DNA of 64,000 nt from an uncultured Candidatus Binatia bacterium. Lineage in GTDB: Bacteria; Desulfobacterota; Binatia; UBA9968; JAJDTQ01. The notes under the pieces are model-generated. The model did no database searches and had not been told where the DNA came from. It worked only from the letters and a program-made list of their open reading frames with translations. Both the position numbers and the translations under genes were made by a program. This document shows positions 57,112 to 64,000 of this stretch, piece by piece. Within the stretch, counting starts at the first letter, position 1; each line of letters opens with the position of its first letter. Location of the stretch: assembly GCA_964291295.2 (NCBI GenBank), contig OZ219754.1, forward strand, positions 2,368,001 to 2,432,000. The letters are read 5' to 3'.

Positions 57112-57810
57112 CTATGCCGCCTTCGCCGGTCTCCTCCCGCGGACCAGTTCGATGGCTTTCCTGGCCATGAGCGGGAACAGCCCGAGCAGTACGAAGGACA
57201 GCAGCAGCGTGGGCGAGAGGATGCCGGCCAGGGAGTCGATCTGCGCCAGCTGGGTTCCGGCGTTGACGTAGACCACGGTGCCGGGGAGCATCCCCAGTTG
57301 GCTGACAAGGAAGAACGGCATCGTGCGGATTGGCGTGAGCCCCATGACGAGGTTGATGACGAAGAAGGGGATCACCGGAATCAGCCGCACGGTGAAGAGG
57401 TAGAACAGGCCCTCCCTGGCGATGCCGTTGTTGATGGTTTCGAGTTTGTCGCCGAACCTGCCCTGAATGCTGTCGCGCAGGAGAAAGCGCGCCACCAGGA
57501 AGGCCAGGGTGGCGCCGAGGGTGCTGCAGAAGGAAACCACGAGGGTGCCGGTGACCACTCCGAAGAGTGCGCCGCCCAGCAGTGTCATGATCGCGGCGCC
57601 GGGCAGCGAGAGCGCGGTCACCGCGACGTAGATGGCGGCGTAGGCGGTGAGGGTAATGGCCGGGTTGTGCTGGTAATAGGTCTGGTAGGCGTCCCGCTGG
57701 GCCTTGATGAACTCCAGGTCGAAGTAGCGGCCGAGGTCGAAGACGAAGAAGGCTGCGATGAGGGCTGCCACCAGCACCACGACTGCCATCTTGACGATTC
57801 GTTGATTCAT
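57112..57810 (-). CDS. TVP38/TMEM64 (DedA superfamily) membrane protein
   Basis: ALSLPGA, GATLAFLVARF, RLIPVIPFF and SQLGMLPG motifs. Confidence 0.9.
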   Translation of the reverse strand: MNQRIVKMAVVVLVAALIAAFFVFDLGRYFDLEFIKAQRDAYQTYYQHNPAITLTAYAAIYVAVTALSLPGAAIMTLLGGALFGVVTGTLVVSFCSTLGATLAFLVARFLLRDSIQGRFGDKLETINNGIAREGLFYLFTVRLIPVIPFFVINLVMGLTPIRTMPFFLVSQLGMLPGTVVYVNAGTQLAQIDSLAGILSPTLLLSFVLLGLFPLMARKAIELVRGRRPAKAA

Positions 57811-57985
57811 GGACGCTGTCTCCCGGTGGCCGTCGTCGTCCGGCGGCGTTCCAGTTCCGGTGGCCGTGTCGTCCCCGCGCATCTCTCTGCCGGCACGCTT
57901 GGTCGCGGCGGCCTGTCCGTGGGCCAGGCGCGCGATTTCCCGGGCGCGGTCCTTTATAGTTGATTTGGTGGCGCAGGTAAATTCC

Positions 57986-58747
57986 ATGACGGGCAGCTCC
58001 TTTCCGGCAACAGGCTGCTTCCCCGGGCTGGACGGCGCGGCCGGGAGCTTGGTGAAACCGCCGGGACCGGCCCTGGTCGTCATGGCCCGGGCGCCGGTCC
58101 CGGGCAGGGTCAAGACCCGGTTGTGCCCGCCGCTTGATCCCGGCCAGGCGGCGGCGTTCTACGAGTGCGCGCTGCGGGACCTGCTGGATGAACTCGCGGC
58201 GTCGACGCGGTGGGATGCCTGGGTGGCCTGCGCCGAGCGGAGCCGGGACTACTTTCTGCGGCTTCAGGAACGCCGCCTGGCCCTGCTGCCGCAGCGGGGT
58301 GTTTCGCTGGGCGCGCGCATGCACGCGGTGTTCGTGGACCTGAGCCATGCCGGGTACCGCACGGTGGTGCTGGTGGGCAGCGACATCCCCACCCTGAAGG
58401 CGGCGGCGGTGGAGCGGGCCTGCGGGGCGTTGGATCAGGACCGGAGCGATCTGGTTCTGGGCCCGGCGGACGATGGCGGCTACTGGCTCATCGGTCTCCG
58501 TCGTCCGGAGGAAGGCCTTTTCAGCGGCATTGCCTGGAGCACCGCGTCGGTTCTGGACGAGACCCTGGCCCGGGCGCGGCAACGGAAGCTCCGGGTGGGG
58601 ATGGTGCCCGGCACCTACGATGTCGACACGGCGGTGGACCTGCGTCGGCTTGCCCGCGATCTGGAGCGCTCCCGGGAGCTGCGCGCCAGCCGTCCTCGGA
58701 CCTGTGCCTGGATCCGCGGCATGGCCGGCGCAGCCGGGGTCTTCTGA
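57986..58747 (+). CDS. DUF2064/TIGR04282-type glycosyltransferase
   Basis: P.PGRVKTRL, QRG..LGARM, GSDIP, LGPADDGGYWLIG, WST and DVDT..DL motifs. Start uncertain (57986 or 58052). Confidence 0.85.
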   Translation: MTGSSFPATGCFPGLDGAAGSLVKPPGPALVVMARAPVPGRVKTRLCPPLDPGQAAAFYECALRDLLDELAASTRWDAWVACAERSRDYFLRLQERRLALLPQRGVSLGARMHAVFVDLSHAGYRTVVLVGSDIPTLKAAAVERACGALDQDRSDLVLGPADDGGYWLIGLRRPEEGLFSGIAWSTASVLDETLARARQRKLRVGMVPGTYDVDTAVDLRRLARDLERSRELRASRPRTCAWIRGMAGAAGVF

Positions 58748-58785
58748 AATCCGCTCAGCCGAGGAGTGCGGGCCGAAGCGGTCGC

Positions 58786-59811
58786 CTACTTGCCGCGGGC
58801 CGGTCGGGTGGCGGCGCGAATGGCCTTGGTGCTCAGGGAGGAGAGTGGATGGGACGGAACGTCGGCCAGTTCCACCCAGCGCCAGTCCCGGCCGGTCACC
58901 GGCACCTTGCGCCGGAGCACGTAGACAGGCGCGGTGATCCGCTGGTCGGTCATGGCATGGCGTATCACCGCCACGGGTTCGGCGCGGCGGAGCACTCGGC
59001 CGACCACGGCGGCCGGCAGCGTGTCCGGGGTGGGCAACTCCCAGAGGCCGGCCAGAAGGCCGCTGTCGGGACGCCGGTGCAGCAGGATCCGCGACCGCGA
59101 CGCCACCAGCACCAGCGGCCAGCGCACGGGTCTCGTGGGCGCGGTTCGCCGGCGCGGCACGTCGAAGGATCCGGCGGCGCGCGCCCGGCACCAGTGGGCC
59201 AGGGGGCAGCGGCCGCACCGCGGCGCCGGCGGAAGGCAGACGGTGGCGCCCAGTTCCATGACCGCCTGGTTGAAGTCTCCGGGACGCGATCGGGACACCA
59301 TCGGCCCGGCGGCCTCGTCGAGGGGCCCCGGCTTTGCCGGGCCCAGCAGCCGCGCGTAGACGCGCCGCACGTTGCCGTCCGGTGCGGCGCAGCGCCGGCC
59401 GAAGGCGATGCTCAGGATCGCTCCCGCCGTATACCGGCCCACGCCCGGCAGGCGCAGCAGCGCCGAGGGGTCGTCCGGCAGCCTGCCGCCGTGCCGGCTT
59501 ACCAGCAGGCTGGCCGCCTGCTTGAGGTTGGCCGCGCGCCGGTAGTAGCCCAAGCCGGCCCAGACACTCCGGACCTCGTCCAGCGAGGCGCGGTGCAGCG
59601 CCTCCACCGACGGGAAGGCGGCCATGAAACGGCGATAGTAGGGCAGTACCGTCGCCACCTGGGTCTGCTGGAGCATGGTCTCGGAGACCCAGATGGCGTA
59701 GGGGTCACGGGTCCGGCGCCAGGGAAGGTCGCGCTTGTTGCGGTCGTACCAGCGCAGCAGCGCGGCCCGCATGCGCGCCCGCACCCGGGACGAGTGTTCG
59801 ATGACGGCCAT
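58786..59811 (-). CDS. mutY: A/G-specific adenine glycosylase MutY
   Basis: RDLPWR, VSETMLQQTQV, WAGLGYY, LPGVGRYTA, DGNV and C-x6-C-x2-C-x5-C motifs. Confidence 0.93.
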   Translation of the reverse strand: MAVIEHSSRVRARMRAALLRWYDRNKRDLPWRRTRDPYAIWVSETMLQQTQVATVLPYYRRFMAAFPSVEALHRASLDEVRSVWAGLGYYRRAANLKQAASLLVSRHGGRLPDDPSALLRLPGVGRYTAGAILSIAFGRRCAAPDGNVRRVYARLLGPAKPGPLDEAAGPMVSRSRPGDFNQAVMELGATVCLPPAPRCGRCPLAHWCRARAAGSFDVPRRRTAPTRPVRWPLVLVASRSRILLHRRPDSGLLAGLWELPTPDTLPAAVVGRVLRRAEPVAVIRHAMTDQRITAPVYVLRRKVPVTGRDWRWVELADVPSHPLSSLSTKAIRAATRPARGK

Positions 59812-59825
59812 TCACCGGCGGCGGG

Positions 59826-60923
59826 CTAGTCCCGGATGTCCTGCAGGAACCATTCCCTCGGCAACGGGTGTCCCAGGCCCCGGGCCTTGGCGAGCTCGAA
59901 CGCGGTGCCTCCCACAGCGGCGAACTGGAGGCCTTGGGTGCCCTGGTTGTTGAGGAACGTCACCTGCCGGTCGCTTGTCCTGCCGGGCCACCGGCCGGCC
60001 ATCAGGTCGGGAATGGTGCCGATGTTCCGGTTGTCGATCTCGCGGATGGGCGACGGCGGAATCCGGGCGGCCTCCTCATGGGTGCCGGCGATGTAGGCGA
60101 ACATGCCGTCGCTGCCGTGAAGGGTCCCCGGCGGGGGATTGTCCAGCACCAGGGTGGATGCGCCCAGGCGCGCCTGCAGGTCGCACCGGGCAAGGATCCC
60201 CGGTCCGGCCTCGTTGGAGCGGACGTTGGTGATGTGCATGCCGGGCTCCACCCATTCCGGCTTCATCACCTGGACCAGCGAGTCCGTGGTCATGGCGACG
60301 ATGTCGCTGCCGCGGCAGGCCTCCTCGGCGTTGTCGCAGGTCTCCACGCGCAGGCCCAGCTGCCCGCGCATCTCCGCCGCGAAGGCTTCCCGGTTGGCCC
60401 GGGTGGGGCTGAACACCCGCAGCCGCTCGATGTCGCGCACCGCGTGGATGGCCTGGGTGTAGGTCCGCGCCATGCCGCCGGAACCGAGCAGGCCCACCAC
60501 CCTGGAGTCCGGGCGCGAGAGGTACTTGACCCCGAGCCCGGCGCAGGCGCCCACCCGCATGTGCTGCAGGTAGCCGTCGTTCATCAGCGCCAGCGGCTCG
60601 CCGTTGCGCACGCTCAACAGGAAGATCAGGCCGCAGTAGGTGCCCGGCTCGACGCAGTACTTGTCCTCGGTCTCGAACTCCCCGTCCTTCTCCCATACCA
60701 GCATGTCCGACTTCATGCGGATGGCCATGTAACCCAGTGACCGGGTGGCCCCCTCCATGGTGCCCCAGCGGTAGTAGTGGGGTTCCCGGGGCACGTAGAA
60801 GTCGATTCTCGGACGGTAGGCCGCCTCGTTCCGGGAAAGGTCGCGGTAGGCGTCCTCCATGGCGTCGAGGCAGGTCTTCATGTCCAGAACCTCCCGGATG
60901 TGTTCATTGGTCAGAAACAGCAT
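59826..60923 (-). CDS. Ornithine cyclodeaminase/mu-crystallin family protein
   Basis: GEPLAL, RVGA, LLGSGGMA, VFSPT and EPGMHI motifs. Confidence 0.9.
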   Translation of the reverse strand: MLFLTNEHIREVLDMKTCLDAMEDAYRDLSRNEAAYRPRIDFYVPREPHYYRWGTMEGATRSLGYMAIRMKSDMLVWEKDGEFETEDKYCVEPGTYCGLIFLLSVRNGEPLALMNDGYLQHMRVGACAGLGVKYLSRPDSRVVGLLGSGGMARTYTQAIHAVRDIERLRVFSPTRANREAFAAEMRGQLGLRVETCDNAEEACRGSDIVAMTTDSLVQVMKPEWVEPGMHITNVRSNEAGPGILARCDLQARLGASTLVLDNPPPGTLHGSDGMFAYIAGTHEEAARIPPSPIREIDNRNIGTIPDLMAGRWPGRTSDRQVTFLNNQGTQGLQFAAVGGTAFELAKARGLGHPLPREWFLQDIRD

Positions 60924-61049
60924 GGTTCCTCCTCGCGGCTTCGGCGGCCGGTCGCTCCAGCGGCGCCCGCGTTCGCGCGAATCCCGGACCCCCGCCCACC
61001 AGCCGCGGGAAATCCGCCCGGGTCACGGCCTCCCTCTTTTCATCCGGCA

Positions 61050-61370
61050 GCCTCTTGAGCCGGGCCAACGGGGCCGCCGCGCAGGCCATGATGTCCGGTG
61101 GCGCCATCGTCCCGGCGAGCCCGCACCGGGATTGTCGGTCTCGAACGCGCCGCGGCAGGGCGCACGCCGCCGCCCGGATCTCCTCCGAATACAGCACTTC
61201 CACGCCCGCGGTGAAGAGGCGCCCTTCGGCGATCATCTGGTGGAGCACGTCCATCGGTCCGGAGTACCGGTGGATGATGGCCCTGGCCGCGCCGACAGCG
61301 CGCAGGGTGTCGAGGATCTGCTGCCGCTCGATGCGCGGCAGCAGATCCCGCGGCAGTGGAGTGGTCGAGT
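61050..61370 (-). pseudogene. TatD-family hydrolase remnant
   Basis: AIIHRYSGP...FTAGVEVLYSEEIR in one frame and ETDNPG (61125-61142) in another. No N-terminus or start. Confidence 0.6.
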
Positions 61371-61419
61371 GGGTGCGGGGTGCCGGCCAGTCGCATCCCG
61401 GGTCATTGCGGGCTTCCGG

Positions 61420-62841
61420 CTACCGGAAGCGGTCGCCAAAATACTTCGACAGGTCGATGCCATCCACCCCCGGCACCTTGATCTCCGGCGGATAATCGGA
61501 CTTGCGGGTGGCGTCCACCCCGACCTTGGTGACCAGATGGGATCCTCCGGCCGGGTCGTAGGAGGCCGGGTCCAGCGGGGAGCCCCTGGAATGGGTGACC
61601 ATGAACACGTCCCGGTCGGAGCGCACCCGGGTGGCGATGGCGTGCATCACGTCGCTGTCGTTGCTGATGTCCACGTCCTCATCCACGCAGATGACGAACT
61701 TCAGGAACGGGTCGGCGGCGAAGGCGGCCATGGCGGCGTTCTTGGCGTCGCCGTCGATCAAGGACTCCATCTGGATATAGCAGATGTAGCGGGAACGGCC
61801 GCAGGGGGGGACGTAGACGGCCTTCACTCCGGCGCTGGCGATGCGGCAGGTGTGGTGGATGTAGCTGTTCCGCGTCACCCCCGACAGCAGCAGGTTGTCG
61901 GCGTGCCCCACGAACGAACTCTGATAGAGCGCGTTCCGCTTCATGGTGATGGCCTTCACGTACACCACGGGGTTGATGCGCTGGGGGCCGTAGGTCCCGG
62001 GATACTCGCCGAAGGGCGCCTCTTCCTCCATCTCGGTGGGATGGATCTCGCATTCCATCACGATCTCGGCGCTGGCGGGCACTTCCACGTCGATGGTCCT
62101 GCACTTCACCAGTTCCACCGGCCTGCCCAGCATGGCACCGGCGATGCTGAACTCGTCGGTGTCGATGGATGTGAAGCTCAGGTTGCCGATGTTCATGGCC
62201 GGGTGGCCGCCGATGACCGCCGCCATCTGCGTCGGCAGGCCCCGGGACTTGTTCTTCTTGAGGATGTAGTGGCCGTGGGCGGTCTCGGATATCTGGATGC
62301 CGAACCGGTTCCGTCCCTTCAGTTGCAGGCGGTAGATGCCGGCGTTGCGTATGCCGGTGTCGGGATCCTTCATGACGTCGAAGGCCAGCGTGATGTAACG
62401 GCCGGCGTCGAGTTCGTGGTACTGCAGGATCGGCAGCATGGTGACGTCGACGTCGTCGCCGGTGAGCATCACTTCCTGGCACGGACCGCCGTCCACCTCC
62501 ACCGGCGGCAGCGGGTTGGCCTCGCGCCGGCCATACTCACGGATGAAATCGGCGGGGGTGGCGGCGTAGGGCAGCCCGATGGCCATGGCCAGCCGCGGAA
62601 AGCTGGCGTGCATGTTGGTGACCAGAGGTATGGAGGAGCCCTTGACGTTCTCGAAGATGACGCACGGGAACTGCTGCTGTCGTTCCAGCCTGGCCAGGAT
62701 TCCGGTCACCTCGAAGACCGGATCCACCGGGCGGGTGACCCGAATGACCTCGTCCGGATAGTTGGTTTCGAGAAACGCGATGGCCTCGCCCAGGGTTTGT
62801 CCCATTCCGTTGGTTGGCGCTGCGTGGGTTGGTTCTGTCAT
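61420..62841 (-). CDS. UbiD family (prFMN-dependent) decarboxylase
   Basis: FENVKG, DAGRYIT, RNAGIYR, VPASAEIV.E, EAPFGEY and VDEDVD motifs. Confidence 0.92.
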   Translation of the reverse strand: MTEPTHAAPTNGMGQTLGEAIAFLETNYPDEVIRVTRPVDPVFEVTGILARLERQQQFPCVIFENVKGSSIPLVTNMHASFPRLAMAIGLPYAATPADFIREYGRREANPLPPVEVDGGPCQEVMLTGDDVDVTMLPILQYHELDAGRYITLAFDVMKDPDTGIRNAGIYRLQLKGRNRFGIQISETAHGHYILKKNKSRGLPTQMAAVIGGHPAMNIGNLSFTSIDTDEFSIAGAMLGRPVELVKCRTIDVEVPASAEIVMECEIHPTEMEEEAPFGEYPGTYGPQRINPVVYVKAITMKRNALYQSSFVGHADNLLLSGVTRNSYIHHTCRIASAGVKAVYVPPCGRSRYICYIQMESLIDGDAKNAAMAAFAADPFLKFVICVDEDVDISNDSDVMHAIATRVRSDRDVFMVTHSRGSPLDPASYDPAGGSHLVTKVGVDATRKSDYPPEIKVPGVDGIDLSKYFGDRFR

Positions 62842-62908
62842 GGTGAGCCGTGCTTAGCATGGAGGCGCCCCTGCCGCAAGCGCATCCCCTGCGCCCCGCC
62901 TCACCCTG

Positions 62909-62938
62909 CCGTGGTTTCCGCGGCCGCGGAAACCACGG
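62909..62938. repeat. Perfect 30-bp palindrome
   Basis: ccgtggtttccgcggccgcggaaaccacgg equals its own reverse complement. Confidence 0.9.
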
Positions 62939-62952
62939 GTGCGGTGCCGGCG

Positions 62953-64000
62953 TCAGACGGTCCGGCGTTGCCGTATCTGTGCCCGCAACCGTTCGGGTGT
63001 CACCGGGGTCTCGGATATCTCCACGCCGCCAAGGGGGCGCAGCGCGTCCGCCACCGCGTTGGCCACGGCTACCGGCGGGGCGATGGCGCCGCCCTCGCCG
63101 ATGCCCTTGAGCCCCAGCGGATTGAGCGGAGAGGGGGTCTCGATGTGGACCTGCCGGATGTGCGGCACTTCCCGGCAGCTCGGCAGCAGGTAGTCCATGA
63201 AGGTGCCGGTCAGGAGTTGTCCCAGTTCGTCGTAGACGAACTCTTCGTAGAGTGCGCCGCCGATGCCTTGGGCCACGCCGCCGCGCACCTGGCCCTCGAC
63301 GAAGCGCGGGTTGATGGCCGGTCCGGAGTCGTGGGCTACGGCGTAGTCCAGGAGTTCCACTTCCCCCGTGTCCGGATCCACCGCCACCACGGCCACGTGG
63401 GCGGCGTGGCCCCAGGTGACGGTCCGCGGCACGTAGTAGAAGGTGGCCTCCAGGTCGGGCTCCATGCTCTCGGGCCGCTTCGAGGCCCAGCCCGGCACCG
63501 CGGCGGCCGCCAGTTCGGCCAGGGAAATTCCATGATCGGGGCGCTCCGCCACGAAGACCCGGCCGCCTCGTGTGGTCAGGTCCGCGGGGTTGGCTTCCAG
63601 CAGGTGGCCGGCCAGTTCGAACACCTTGGCCTTGAGACGCCGGGTGGCCTCGTGTATGGCCGTGCCGGCGGTGACCGTGCTGCGGCTGGCGAAGGTGCCC
63701 ACGCCGTAGCGGATGGCGTCGGTGTCGCCTCCCACGACCGTGACGTCGTCCGGCGCGACCCCCCAGAGGTCGGCGGTGATCTGCGAGAACACGGTCTCGT
63801 GCCCTTGGCCGTGGCCGCTGGCGCCCACCGCCACCCGCAGCCTGCCGCGGGAGTCCACCTCCACGCGGGCGCCCTCGAAGGAGCCCACGCCGGTCCCTTC
63901 GGTGTAGAAGCCGATGCCGGCGCCGATGTAGCGGTGGCCCTGGCGGCCCGGTTGCTGGCGCGCGCGCACGTCGTGGTAGCGGCATGCGTCCAGGGCCTTG
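62953..64000 (-). CDS. Xanthine dehydrogenase family Mo-binding subunit (3' part; continues beyond window)
   Basis: GQGHET, GDTD, GTFASRS, GQVRGGVAQGIG and GLKGIGEGG motifs. Confidence 0.9.
   Translation of the reverse strand, partial: KALDACRYHDVRARQQPGRQGHRYIGAGIGFYTEGTGVGSFEGARVEVDSRGRLRVAVGASGHGQGHETVFSQITADLWGVAPDDVTVVGGDTDAIRYGVGTFASRSTVTAGTAIHEATRRLKAKVFELAGHLLEANPADLTTRGGRVFVAERPDHGISLAELAAAAVPGWASKRPESMEPDLEATFYYVPRTVTWGHAAHVAVVAVDPDTGEVELLDYAVAHDSGPAINPRFVEGQVRGGVAQGIGGALYEEFVYDELGQLLTGTFMDYLLPSCREVPHIRQVHIETPSPLNPLGLKGIGEGGAIAPPVAVANAVADALRPLGGVEISETPVTPERLRAQIRQRRTV

Overview
High-GC bacterial chromosomal window, probably Gram-negative. The FN3/Calx-beta giant protein and the TRAP, hydantoinase, xanthine-dehydrogenase and UbiD repertoire resemble sponge-associated deltaproteobacteria/Binatia-like symbionts, but that is inference. 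Positions 1-13378 hold the 3' part of a giant (>4450 aa) modular surface protein with a near-perfect 1494-bp internal tandem duplication and a C-terminal beta-barrel. Positions 13.4-41.3 kb and 47-64 kb are catabolic, transport and housekeeping genes: coxMSL-like Mo-hydroxylase, TRAP, hydantoinase/acetone-carboxylase family, ettA, GMC oxidoreductase, msrB, nuoB-ferredoxin-grxD-trHb-VIT1, mutY and UbiD. An AT-richer accessory island at about 41.3-47.0 kb is the best candidate for an undescribed system. It encodes an RHH regulator, a Zn-ribbon adenine MTase, a PD-(D/E)XK endonuclease and a ComEC-like MBL hydrolase, facing two unknown membrane proteins. Several intergenic spacers are recognisable decayed gene remnants. 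No rRNA, tRNA, CRISPR array, integrase or transposase was seen. All calls come from reading motifs by eye; no database searches were run.
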